From assembly GCA_017654855.1 (NCBI GenBank), contig CM030334.1:248001-312000 (forward strand): a DNA stretch of 64,000 nt. The letters are read 5' to 3'. The stretch's first letter is position 1, and each line of letters opens with the position of its first letter. Source of the DNA: Podospora anserina (lineage: Eukaryota). The notes beneath the pieces are model-generated. The model was not told where the DNA came from. It saw only the letters and a program-made list of their open reading frames with translations, and searched no databases. This document shows, one piece after another, positions 35,673 to 48,350 of the stretch. The position numbers were made by a program, and so were the translations under genes.

Positions 35673-37202
35673 CTAAGCCCTACGCCGCACTCTCATCATG
35701 AAGTCTTGGTTGCACGCCACGCCCCCTCGATCAACATATTTGCCAGCCGAGACAACCTCAAAGTCAAACCTTCTCACAATCTCGGGCAAAACCTTGTACA
35801 TCTCCATCATGGCAATTTCCTTCCCCAGACAAACTCTTGGTCCCATGCTGAACACGAAATTCGCCGCCTCCATCTCGGCTCGACGTTTCTCGTTGCCATT
35901 AAGCCACCTCTCGGGCTCGAAAGCCTCGGCGTCGGGGCCATACAACTCGGGATCACAACCCACGACGTATGGATGGCTGCACACCTCTGCTCCTTGAGGA
36001 ACATGCACCCCGTCAATGACGGTGCCGCCCTTTTCGAGAATAATGCGGCCGAACAGATTCGGAGCAGGAGGGTTGACTCTCAGTCCCTCCTTGATGCAAG
36101 CAACAAAATACGGCAGATACTGTTTGGTCTCCTCATACAGCACCGGCGTAGACAGCAAACCCTTCTCATCTGCCACCTCGATCTCCTTTCTTGCCTTTTT
36201 CATACACTCGCCGTGCTCCAGCATCAATCTCAGCACCGCCCCGAGCCCGCTACCCGTTGTGTCTGCCCCGGCCTGGATCAAAAGCGTGGCGTGGGCCTCT
36301 TTTTGCGCCCTGGTCAACGGCTCGCCGTTCCCATCTCGTGCGTCAAGGGTATAGTCGAGGTAATCCCTCATTTTCCCCTCCCCCCCGATCCCTTGTTCTC
36401 GTTCTTGTTCCCGCTGGGCAACGGCAAGTTTGGCTTGTGAGGCCAAATACCCGCTTCCCGTCTTGTCATCCACCTTGGGCATGATCAAGCCCCTTATCCA
36501 CGGCGATGAAAGAATCAGCTCCCGGAAGCTGTTGCACCTCGCGGCGAAGGCAAACATGGGGAGGGACTCGCGAAAGGCGGATAAAAGCCGGCGCTCGTCA
36601 CGGTCGTGGGCGATGAAGCCCCATGGTTTGCCAAACACGAGGAGGGTCATGACATCGGCGGCGAACTGGGCGAGCTTCTCCCCCATTTGGAAGGGCTCAT
36701 GGTCGGGTGGGAGGAGGGAGAGTTGGTTGACGAAGAAGGTGACGAGGTTGTCGATGCGGGGTTCCTGGAAGGTTTTGAGGTAGGAGACGCTCCAGTGAGC
36801 GCCGCCGAGGGATTTGCGGAGGGATTTGTGGTCTTCGGCGGGTATGGTGGAGAAGAGCGAGGTTGGGCCGAGGGCGCCGGTGCCGTAGAGGGAGCCCTTG
36901 TGGTTATGGGTTGGGGACCAGTAGATGGGTTTGAGGGAGGAGGCGTGGGGGAAGAAGAGGAGGGTGGGGGTGATGAGGATGGCGCGGGTGGAGGGGGGGT
37001 ATTTCTTGGTGAGGTTGTGGAGGAATTCGGGCTCACGGCCGAGGAGGGAGAGGACGGCAAGGGGGAGGGAGGTTAGGCGGGTGTAGAATGGTGCTGGGAA
37101 GGAGGAGAGGGGGTGGAAGAAGAAGTTTGTGAGGATACGGCGGATGACCAGGCAGAGGAGGAGGGTTGGAGGGAGGAGGAGAAGTTGCGTGGGTGAAAGC
37201 AT
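35673..37202 (-). CDS. Cytochrome P450 monooxygenase, intronless
   Basis: N-terminal anchor, AGADTT (I-helix), KEGLR (ExxR), FEPERW, FSMGPRVCLG heme motif; 509 aa. Confidence 0.95.
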   Translation of the reverse strand: MLSPTQLLLLPPTLLLCLVIRRILTNFFFHPLSSFPAPFYTRLTSLPLAVLSLLGREPEFLHNLTKKYPPSTRAILITPTLLFFPHASSLKPIYWSPTHNHKGSLYGTGALGPTSLFSTIPAEDHKSLRKSLGGAHWSVSYLKTFQEPRIDNLVTFFVNQLSLLPPDHEPFQMGEKLAQFAADVMTLLVFGKPWGFIAHDRDERRLLSAFRESLPMFAFAARCNSFRELILSSPWIRGLIMPKVDDKTGSGYLASQAKLAVAQREQEREQGIGGEGKMRDYLDYTLDARDGNGEPLTRAQKEAHATLLIQAGADTTGSGLGAVLRLMLEHGECMKKARKEIEVADEKGLLSTPVLYEETKQYLPYFVACIKEGLRVNPPAPNLFGRIILEKGGTVIDGVHVPQGAEVCSHPYVVGCDPELYGPDAEAFEPERWLNGNEKRRAEMEAANFVFSMGPRVCLGKEIAMMEMYKVLPEIVRRFDFEVVSAGKYVDRGGVACNQDFMMRVRRRA

Positions 37203-38907
37203 GGTGTTGATGCTCTACAGCCTCTGTGATTATGCCCGTAATACAAGCAGTGTATCGGATATGCACCGTCTCGATCGAGGGAAATAGAGAGGGTTGAGGT
37301 CTTCTCACAGACTATGAATACCAATCTACCACTGGGAGCAGAAGGACTTTCGCAGCCTGGGCGCCCACACCCATTTATTTACGACAACATACATTCCACA
37401 TATTCATTCGAGTCTCAATTCTACTCGCACATCCCGGTTCAGATAGCTACCGGGGCTGGATCATTACAGAATGGAGGAGCGGCTTGGGGCCTTATTGGAC
37501 GTCCCCTAGGAGGGACGCATATCTCCCGCACAACGGCCCGCCCATCACTGGTCAAGGACTCGGGAGTATTATCGAGTCAACCGGCGACATGTGGATGCTA
37601 CCTGTACGACTTTGGGATGTTTCTCCTCGGGCTGGGACCTGATATGCATGTGAGCCCTTGTGCTACTTCCACGACACCAATATTTAAAGTGGCTTGCTGC
37701 GTCCGGTCACGAGAGGAACCATGTTTGCCAGCCTCGCCGTCAACTAGATAGAATTGGACTCCTCGAAAAGGGGCAAAAAGGGGGCATTACATATGGGGGT
37801 TAGGGTCTTTTGGCCTTGGAGAAGGCAGGGTGCACTGGGGTGGAATGGGTAAAGATCAGGAGTCAATTTAAAACCTTAAGAAACGGCAATCCAAAGAGGT
37901 TCTGCTGGTCAATGTAATATCACTTCGTCTTGCGGATAGTTGCTGTTGGCCATTCCATCCACAGGTAAGCTTCAGCCAGAAAATAAGGTTTGCTAACAGT
38001 GGGGCCTACCCCACCTCGGTGCAACGGCTCCCGAAGCTCCAACAACTGTGAAACACTCTCCTCCAAACGCCCCGCCATCAGCAACCTCAAGCGCGTCACC
38101 GCGTCTTGGTGGTACCCGCTTTCCAGCAATATTTCGCCATGAGATGTCCAAAAGCATACGGCTTCCTCTGCGACACCGGATAACTTTCCTTCTCCCCTCC
38201 CCGGTTCTGCCATGAAATCGCGACCTCCTAGAGGCACGGAAAGATCGGGTCGGTCCCCAGTTGCAACCTACCTGGTACCTCGGATTCATATCCCGTCCTT
38301 TTGGCCCATTCCGTCGGGAATTTGGCATCTCTCTCTCCTTCTGTCAGTCATCAAAAGTCCGGCCAACAAACCCTCTATCTTCAGACATAGCACTTGCTGT
38401 CGTCCGATGCTTCCCTACGAGCCCTTGCAGTCCTCTGCTCGAACAATGACGGCACCATGTGGCAACCAGAAGTCTGGCGAGGTTGTGGCAACCCGGAGAC
38501 AGGGTTTCCCAGCTTGAGCCATTGCGCATCTGCTGTTGCTGGTTACGTTGGCGCCTTTCGGCGTTTTGAATCGTCAACAGAGCGAAGGACCGCATGAACA
38601 GCATTCCCGGGACGAAAGGGGGCGATGCTCGAATCTCGCCCCTATCCGAGTCTCCAAGTGGAAGATCATCCCGCATTTTGTTTACCTGTTGGCTTCCCTG
38701 GACTTCCGTATTCCTTTTCAGTTTCCCGGTTTTGCCCCTCTTGGTGCTGAGGCTCACCATAAGCATCACCGTCCCAGCTGCTGCTATACCCCAAAGGTAC
38801 ACCAGCTTCCATTCTCATGCTTTACCATTACCCACGGCCGCCATCTCTGGCATCCTGACGGCGATTTCTCCTTTTTACAGTTTACCTTACAAAGATACCT
38901 GGGCACA

Positions 38908-41900
38908 ATGGAATCCACCATGGATATTGCCCAACTGGTGGCTCAGATGCAGGATACACTGTCCACCATCCACACCACTCTCGCCTCTCTCAACACCGCC
39001 GAACACGATGCGAAGCTTGACGAGCTGGAAGCCAGGCGTGATAATACCATCAAACATTTGCTAGCCGCCTTTTCTGCCGAGTCCGAGGTCCTGCACCAAA
39101 AGAGACTGGCTCAGCGTGAAGAGATCGCCGAGCGCCGCAGGATCGAAGACGAGGAGCGGGAAAGACGGAGGCGCCAAGAAGATGAAGAGCTGGCAGAAAG
39201 AGACAAGCAAGAAGATGAAGCACGGGATGGCAGGCTTCTGCACGAGACAAATGAGGTGGAAGAGGAAACGGACCACCTTATGATTGAGATTGAGGAGGAA
39301 GCTCAGAGGGCCATTGATGAGGGGCAGAAGAAGTTGATGGGCCTGGAAGAACGGAGAAAGGTCCGCAACCCCTACCCAAGAGTATTATGTGTACCCCATG
39401 TGCTAACTGTCTCTCCAACAGGAGCTCAACCACCTCATCGAGGAGCAGCTGAGGGCACCAATCATCCCTTCTCCACCCAAGAGATCGAGGCGAGGCAGCA
39501 ACCTGCCGCCAGCTGTGGCTACACCAAGTAAGCCACCGGAGCCTGTGGCCCCCGAATCTCTCAATAATGACGGTGCAAAGGCTCTTGAGCCCGAGGACAT
39601 TTCTACGAGCAGACACGATGAGATCACCGAGACAGCCCACAAGTCGCCGACCATTCCGCAGGCGGACATGGTCAAAGAGTCGACTCTGAACACAGATGCC
39701 AACAGCCAGATGCAAGCCAGCCCCACCAATGATAGCAGACCGACATCTCGTCAGGACCGGCCTCTATTTGTCCAGCCGGTGATTTCGCGATCTGGGACCA
39801 TCATCCACGCTGACCAGCTTGAGGAGACGGCACGTGCTCCTGTCGAGCCCATTGGTATTCCCAATGGAAACACCGATTCACCTGATCCTTTGGACAGCCC
39901 GAAGCCCGATGTAACCTGGTGGGAAAACAAGAGAAGAGAAGAGGCAGAGCGTGCCCTGCACCATCCAGCGACTCCAAGCCCCTCATCTTCACAAAACGAA
40001 GCCGAGGACACCGGAGCCCCATCACAGTTGCCAGCTGAACATGGAGTCAAAGATGCCGATCAGCCCAGCTCTTCCCAGGCAACACCTGGCGCGAGTCGCC
40101 AAGCCGTGGAGAGCGACGATGTGACCCAGCCCGCCGAAGAGACACCCGCGATGCCGCAGTTGGATATGGATCAGGCTTTGTCCAACGAGACAACACGTGG
40201 AAGGAGCCAAACAACTGTCGATGTTATCGCCGCGGTAACGAAAGCGGCCAGTGTCGTCTCTGACAGCGCATCCGAGTACGATTTGTCTACGGCCGACCAT
40301 CCGACCGAAACAACCGTTGAAGGTGAAAAACCTCAGGCTTTACAGAATCTCAATGTGCCCGAACACGAACACGGTCCCGAGGAGGTGCCGTTGCCATTGA
40401 GCGCTACCGGTGACTCCTTCGACGCGGCAGGGGATATGTCCTTCGAGTCGGCGCATGAGCAGCCTGTCAGACTAGCATCTGCTATCTCCGATCATAGGCG
40501 GTCTCATGCCGGCGAGCACATCTCTTTTGCTGCCGATGAAGAACAAGAGAACACTCACAATGCTTCTTTTGAGCTCACCGAGGCCAGTGTTACTCCCGAA
40601 CATCACGGCTCCAAACTCTCCGTCAACGGGGACGCCGCTTCCTCCGTCTCATCGTACCACAATCAGCCGAGTATTGAGTACCGCACGACATCAGACGAGC
40701 CGCCCGCAGTTGGAGTTCCAGAAGGTATGGACGACTCTTGTTCCTTGACTGATACCTCCGAGTATTGCCAACACGAGGAGGTCTCTGACAGGCACCACCC
40801 ACACCGCCCTCCGCTCGTCCATTCAGAGTCGTACACGGGAGATGAGGGGGATGATGTCGATGTTGACATTCCGCTGCAACGAGTGCCTTCCCACCAACCG
40901 CCTAGAGAAGAGTTCGGGCATGAGGAGGTTGAAAACGATCAACATGCCGTCTCCGACCATGAAACAGACGTATGTCATGCTCTAGCGCCGGTCTCACAGG
41001 AACAAGAGCTGGATGAACACCCACACACCCCATCTCTCCAGGTAATCCGCGAGGATGAGGTCCTAGAGTCTACCGTCGAGGAAACGGTGGCTCCAGAACC
41101 ACAGCAGCATGGAGCTGTAGGCCTTGGGACCGAAGACAGCGCTCACGCAGAAAAGTCCATTGTGGAACATGACTCCCACCACGGCAGCGAGCTCGGTCAT
41201 GACGAAGACGTGCCAGCGCTGTCATCTTCCTCTGACCATGGTGACCATACCCATTCCTCCTACGACGACGGCTCACACCTTGAAGACGACTACGCCCAAC
41301 CCGAACCCATCACGCCTAACCCCCTCATCCTGCAGCCCTTTCGGACCGGCGACGGCGGCGATCGAGGATCGCCTGTTCGTGACCGAGACGTACCGAAGCT
41401 CCCGGATGACGTCGGTCGACACGGAGAGGGAGATGCTGAGCCCGGTGTCAGTGGTGCTGGAGGACAACCTGGTGATCAGGCCCATCTCGGAGTACTTCGA
41501 GACGATGGCTATGTGGGAGGGGGAGCAGCGGAAGGAGCGGAGGAGAAGGCCGAGGAGTCATTAGTTCCTGGGGCAGAGCATGTCAGTGACGCTGCTCTAC
41601 CGCCGGCCGGGCTGCAGAACGAAGAGGCTGCGGACGACCAGCTGCGTCGTGCTAGTCAAGTGTCGAATGAGTCGGTTGAGATGGACGCTGCGTATACGAC
41701 TACAGTGAATGGGGAGGGCGAGCTGTTTGATGATGATGATGACGATGACGATGACGATGATGAGGGTGATGCGGAAAGCGATGTCAGTGACATTGAGGAT
41801 GCTTATCTCAATGAGGAGGGTGTTGTCGATGCTGTCGTTGCGGCAATGGGACCTGAGCCTGAAGATCAAGAGCACACTGAAAAGGATGCTGCCGCAGTGA

Positions 41901-43192
41901 AGACCTCAGTGGATGAGGTTGCTGAGGTGCCTACCGAGGTACCTGCTGAGGCACCTGCTGAGCTTCAAGCTATTGTTGCAGCTGATGCTCCAGTTCATAC
42001 TTCAACTGATATTCCCCTTGATACCGTCCTCGACCGTCCAGTTGGGCCAACTGTCGAAATGCCAGAACCAATGGCAGCACAGGTTGAGGCTGGGGCTCAC
42101 ATCCAGGTACCAGACGAGACGCCATTCGCGACACCAATGGAAGTGCCAGGTCAAGCTGAGCCTAAGGCCCAGGTGCTAAATACCATGGGAGATTCGGACG
42201 GCACACCCGCTGTCTCGGCTACCGTCCCACCAGTTGAGACTCCAGAGCCAGATCATCCCCGGACAAGCCCCAACTGGGTCAACGAGGCTGACGACTACTT
42301 TGCTGAACTGGATCAAAGACAAGAGACACCTAGACTTCAGTTCTTTGAGCAACAGCGAACCGATGTAAAAACTTCCTTAGCATCAGATTCACAGACAGCC
42401 AGCCAAGGACTCTCAGCCAGCATTCACAATCCTGATCGCCCTCAAACACCCGACCAAGACACAGAGCTTGCTTACCAGGAACACCGATCAACACATCTCC
42501 ATAGCCAAGAGAAACAACAATCTTCGCCGCAGTCCGTCCGCAGCCAAAGCACCATCGATTCTGCGCCTCCATCGCCCGAACAACACACCGTGACAGACAC
42601 CCACGTCCCAGTCATCCGTGGCCTTGTCTCCACCCAGTCACCCAGCTACCAAACCGGCCGGCCACGGAACAACTCCCATCTCACCGAGTACGACAATCAC
42701 CGCGACGAATCCGAGGACACCCCATTAGCTAAATGGCGGCACCGAGAATCCACCCTTTCCATGCCCGACCAACCACCTGTTGCCCCCCTTGATACCACTC
42801 ACTCAAGCAAGCACTCCCACGCCAGCAGCGAATCCGGCGACCAAAAAGGCGGCAGCCTCTTCCAGCGCATGCGCAACGTATTTGAGCAACAATCCCACGC
42901 CTCCGACATCAACACCTCCCGCTCGTCCCACTCTCGCCCCATCAGCACCGACCGTCACAGCGGAGGGGGAGGCGGCGGGGGCGGTTCTGGACTCTGGGGT
43001 TCCGGCGGGCCTCTCTCCGGTCGTTTCGGCAAGTCCTGGTCTTCGTCATCGAACGAGCACCACCACCACAGGGACTACCACCACTCTCCCTACACCGAGG
43101 CGGGGCACTCCCCTGTTCGTGGCACCGAGGGCGATCATGATGCGTTGGACGAACGGAGTGGCTTGTTGGGCGGAAAGGAAGATCTAAATTGA
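38908..43192 (+). CDS. Large acidic, low-complexity protein with an N-terminal coiled coil, 1 intron
   Basis: ATG 38908 (MESTMDIAQLVAQMQ...E/R-rich coil); intron 39361-39421 with a GCTAAC branch site joins the 1225-codon ORF ending at TGA 43190-43192. Confidence 0.8.
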
Positions 43193-44073
43193 CCACACTC
43201 GGCCGAAGTCCTTAGTCCGGGGATTGAACAACTGCGGAAACCTTTTGAGGTTGAGGATCAGGATGAGAAAGCAGAAGAGAAAGACGAAATCACCTTCCCA
43301 CTGCGAGCACCGATTGTGCTGAGGGATAATTTTGACAGGCTAAACGTCATCTCTGTCCAGGCGCAGGTCCCGGTTGATGATGTGCTTGACTCTTCTTCTT
43401 CTTCTTCTTCTTCTTCGTCGGTGGATCATCGGTTTTCGTGGGCGTCGTCGATCCCGTCGAGCTGTGTACCGCTTAGTGTTGTCACTACTGCTACCACGGC
43501 GGCTGAGACGGAGGAGGATGGAGAGGAAGATATTGTGGAGGTTGTTGCTGGTAAGAAGGGATTGGGGAGGAGGAGTTTGGTGCTTTCTCCTTCGTCTTCG
43601 GTGCGAAGGCAGAGGGGGAATGGCGAGGTGGAGAAGGGCTCCGAGTTGAGGTTGCCATGGTTGTGGGTGCAGGGTTGGAGAGCTAGGTTGCAGAAGGCGG
43701 GGGACGAGATTGAGAGGGTGAGGTGGGAGGGGAGATTGGAAAATCATGTTGTTAGGGGGCGTGAGGAGGGGAGGCAACGGAGGGAATGTCGAGAAGAGAG
43801 GGGGGAGGAGAGGCATGAGGTGGTTGTGAAGAGGCTGCCGGCGGGGATGTCGAAGGCGAGGAGGGGGGTCGTGGTTAATGTTGGGGAGTATGTGAGTGTT
43901 GTTGAAGTTGGGGGAGCACTGCCAAAGAAAGGGAGGAGGAAGAGTGTTCATTGGGCTTGACCCTAGGGGTACAACAACATCAGGTAGGTAACCTGTTCAG
44001 GAGCTTTGAGCTTCGTGATACACAGAATATTTTGTATATTTTGGAGACTACTGTCTTTAATCTTGTATTTGTT

Positions 44074-45875
44074 TCAGGCGCTATCTTCCGAGTCCCGTGA
44101 CATGTCTGTGATGTCGATGGTCACCTCATATTCTGCGATAACAGGGCTCCCTATTTCGAGGATGCTGTTTTGTTTATGTTTCCTTATCCTCACAAGGGAT
44201 AAGCCGACTGATAGCGCGCAATCCTCGTTGATCAACTTCGAGTCAAACATCCCCCCTTCCCACAAATGCTTTCTTGCCATTTCTCCTCCAAAAGCGACAA
44301 AGTCAGTCGTGTCTTCAGGGTTGGCCCTGTTCAGGATCTGATACATATCGAATGAATTGCTTGAACCAGTTATGATCCATGGACGGGGGCGCCATGGAAG
44401 AACCCAGGGAACCAACGGGGAGCCATTGATTGGTTGCTGAATAGAACCTACAAAGGAGCGAGATCGCTGATGGATGATCACCGCGGTGTCGGCGAAGCTG
44501 GACGAACAGCAGCCCAATGAACCAAGGCTTACCTTCTGTCATGAAACTGGCTGTGCTTGGGTCCCAGTACGCCGGCAGCCCATGATTGCAATCCACGTCC
44601 CAACTGTTTAGTTTTCCTCGAGTCGGATGAATAGCTCGAAACTCGTGATACCATCGATCTTCTTCGTGGGTGGAATCTTGCGTGATTCGCGTTGTGAACT
44701 GAAATGAATGTTCGAAGCGGTCTGCAATTGTATCGTGACGAATGCTATCCACCGCCTTTTGAACACATATGGCAAGCCGTCCAGAAACATCTCCTGGACG
44801 GCGGAAAAGGCGTCTGACTATAGCCTTTTCATGTGCTTCGTGTCTCACGTAGCCCCTCGCTGTTTTGATGAGGCGTATAGCCACCTCGTGAGCCTCATGC
44901 TGACCATCGAGGGTGCATTGGAGAGGCACGAGATAGTCGCCCTTTTGTTCGTCCAGTTCTAGGTAAGTCTGGAACTCGATGCCCTGGTTTGTAACCGAAA
45001 ACGAGTGTGACCTGAACAGGTCCTGCCTTGTTTCCAGATTATTGCAGCTAGCGAACTGGGAGGGATGCGTGGCAAATGCCCCATGCCACTGTCCGTAGAG
45101 GTTGGGGTTGGCCATCCACGCAAAGAGATAGAGGTCATTGTTCGACATTGCGATCGCTTCTTGCAGTCGGAGAAAGGCTTTCTCGCCTTCACCATAAATC
45201 ATGGGAAGATTGACATCAAAGATTCCCATGAGGCAGTACGCAGTGTCCTCGATCCGTGTTGTCTCGCGTTTCGCAGCCCAGCTCGTCCGCCGTCCAACAG
45301 GGATAGTTGATAGACACTGGGGGTCCTCCAAAACCCCGATACCAATAAGGGTGACACTCGCCAGTTGCTCGGGAATCTCGTGCTTTTCCGTTCGGAAGCT
45401 CCACTTGCAATCATAGAACTTCACATTGTGTGGGGCGATCAGTTCTTGTAAAGTCCAGCCTCTTGTAAATCAACGGCAACGCGGTAGGTGGTGAACGAGT
45501 TTCGCCTGCGGTGATGCTTGACCCGGTTTGTTCAGATTCGGCTGGAAGGTCGCTGAAGTATACATACCAAACGCGCGAATCTCCATACACCAGCGGAACA
45601 TCGAGTTGATGGCTTCAGAGAGCTCTGCACTGCTGGATTTGTCAGTGCAGCAATGTGTCAACCCAAGCGTATCGCAGGTCTTCAGCTGAGGCCAGCTCGC
45701 AGGTGCGTTGAATCTTGTGCCAGCCAAGTCTTGACCTAGCGGTGTCAAGGTCTTTCATGTCCTCGAATGTGGCCTCTCCGTCTTCCCAGGTGCGGGACAA
45801 GATCGCATACTCCTTGTACATGTCGCGAGAGCCGACATTTTCCAACTCGTAGGTTTGCGTGTTGATGAGATACAT
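44074..45875 (-). pseudogene. HET-domain (heterokaryon incompatibility-type) gene with frameshifts and a nonsense codon
   Basis: YAILSRTW, YAWVDT / CCTDKSSSAELSEAINSMFRW / YVYFSD / CR*FTRGWTLQELIAP, SWAAKRETTRIEDTAYCLMGIFDVNLPMIYGEGEKAFLRLQEAI are spread over different frames with no splice signals. Confidence 0.88.
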
Positions 45876-46759
45876 TATTGAGATGTTCTCGCGGATCCGT
45901 ACGATACTGCAAGGCAAGAGTCGAAAACGGAGAGCGGGGTGGGGAGCTACCAACAACATCCAAGCCGGTACCTTAGGCCGCCAAAACAAGCGGCCTATGT
46001 GACCTGTGACATCCAATAGCTATTAGCCATAACCATGACGCCACTCATCCTCACAGCATTTGCCTTTTGTACTTTTGCGAGAAACCCCTTACCGCGATTG
46101 TACCTGCCAAACATGACAGAATTTGACTGCAGAGTCTTCATCCCCCTGAACCCCTTAAGTGGAGTCTTTGGCTTCCCTCCCGAATAGTTGGCCCAGCAAC
46201 AAGCAAACGACAAGCGCTGTAACTCACGAGGAAGACGGTGAACTGCTCATACTGTGTAAGCACCCAGGAAACAGGCTTTCGAACCATCATCTGATTTTTG
46301 TTTGATGCGCTCGAGCGGGATCGTCCGGGCCAGAGCGGTCGGCAGGAGATGTCTCAGGACAGGATGGGGAATCGAATGAAATGTCTCACATAACCGTCAG
46401 CTCGGCGCGGAGAATGTTTTAGATGGTCTTGTGACCTGATAATAGATGGAGAAATTGGATCCGCGATCGGGATCATCATCCACTACGTTGGCCCGGGGTG
46501 GCGGCTGGCATATGCTCTTGTACAATTACCTATCATGAGGCTCAAGGGTCAAATCTGAGCCCCTTCGCGATATGAATTGAGAGATAATTCGCTTTGAGGT
46601 ACTCAAACTACAGCTCTATGTTCAACGCCGCTATGAGAACAAATGATGAAACGTAGGTAGATAATAGTTACGACTGTAGTGTATCCTTGAGAAACCGAAC
46701 CCAAACCATGATGAACGCCCAGACATGTGAGAGAAAAAGTTAGTCAGCAAAGAAACGGC

Positions 46760-48350
46760 TCATTTCCGGTTGAAAAGCTTGAACCCCCCTGGGACGCCTC
46801 TTTGGAACAGTCCCTCGGGATCGTACTTGATACTTGTCTCCTGCAGCGCCCTCTTGTTCTCCTCTCCGTAGCACTCGATAACGTCTTGATGAGTCCAGGC
46901 ATGGTTCATGGATACGAAAGGCACCAGCTTGTTCCTCCTTTGAGCCTCCCTCCTCATGTAGCTTGTCGCATTGCTCATGTACTTGAGGATGGCAGCATCG
47001 TCAGACTTCTTGTTCCAGTAGGTCGATACCATGATGTTGATGAGCGGTCCGTCTGAGGGGTCGAGACCGAGTGAATTACCGCCGTGGCGGACTGTTTGCC
47101 GGAGAGTATTGACCGAGTAGGGCTGGAATGTGAGAGAAGACATGAGTCCGGAGCATGCCTTGACGCTCTCAAGGGAGTTGGTGAAGATTTCAGTCGCCTC
47201 AAAGAGCGTGGGCGCGTCGGCCTTGACTGTCACGTTCATGTAGGCGCATCTAACGGCAGAGTTAGTCTGTGGTCTCGGGCGAGTGAGAGGTATGATGACG
47301 TACCGAACGTTGCCTTTTGATTCTGCTGGCTGCTCTGACACCGCCTCTCTGAGCGTCATCAACCTGACCGAGTTCAACTGCTCGATTTGAGGGTGCCTAT
47401 CTGCCCACGGTTTGAGCACCTCAGGCATGCTCTCGGTGGCGTCCGCTCCAGTGTAAGACAGCTGGCTCTGGCAGGCAAACTGAGCAAACTGGGAAGAGTA
47501 ACCGATGCTCAACTGAACGTGGGCGTTTGGGTCGGCGGCATCCTTTTTCCGGAGCTCTGACAGGAGGGCACCGACGTGATATGGCCAGCTAGAGAGGAAA
47601 TAGAAAACACTGCCGCCCCAGAATTTCCCGGGCTGAGGGAATGTCCTGAAATCAAAACGTGTGACAACCCCAAAGTTGTTGCCACCTCCGCGGAGGGAAA
47701 TCCACAAGTCGCTGTTCTCATGCTCGTTGGCATTGACAATCTCTCCGGAGGCGAGGACAACCTCGTAGTTGAGAACATTGTCGCAGACAAACCCTTCGCG
47801 GGAGGAGAAGAACGAGACACCGCCTATACCCGTGTTAGAGCTTTGATCAGAGATTTCGCAAAGGGCGCAACATACCAGTCAAAGACAATCCACCAACACC
47901 ACCAGAGGCAGAACGAACACCCGTGACACCCAGTCCTGTGCCGTCCAGCTTGTCGTAGACCGCGCCCCATCGAGCACCTGCGCCAACTGAAACAACTGTT
48001 TGTTTCCCGTTCTTCTGGAGCTCAACTGAATTAAGGAGACCGAGGTCCAGTGTAATGCCGCCCTCAATGTTGGCGACACCTGGGAGTGGTTGCTGTCCGC
48101 CGCTGCGGATGGCAAATCGGACCGTGGCTTCTTCGCCATGCTCGCCAAGGGAAAACGGCCTCATAATCTTGACGAACTTGGCAACCTGTTTCCTGCTTTC
48201 GGGTCGGAAAATAGCGGCGGGTCTGATATCGCTCTCCATGGCGGAGAGGTACGACCCGTTGAGCGCCTCATACTCCCTCTCCCCCTCAAAGAAGAGGTTT
48301 GAGGCGGGAAGGCTGTTCCTGAGAGCCTTGATCACTTGCTCAAAGCCCAT
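46760..48350 (-). CDS. FAD-linked oxidoreductase (VAO/BBE-like family), 2 introns
   Basis: RPAAIFRPES, FAIRSGGQ, VGAGARWGAVY, GVGGLSLTG|GVSFFS, LRGGGNNFGVVTRF, KYDPEGLFQRGVPGGFKL. No signal peptide. Confidence 0.9.

Noticed and set aside
45470-45472. TGA in the HET gene as an editing-corrected stop
   Set aside because: The gene also has several frameshifts, so editing could not restore it.
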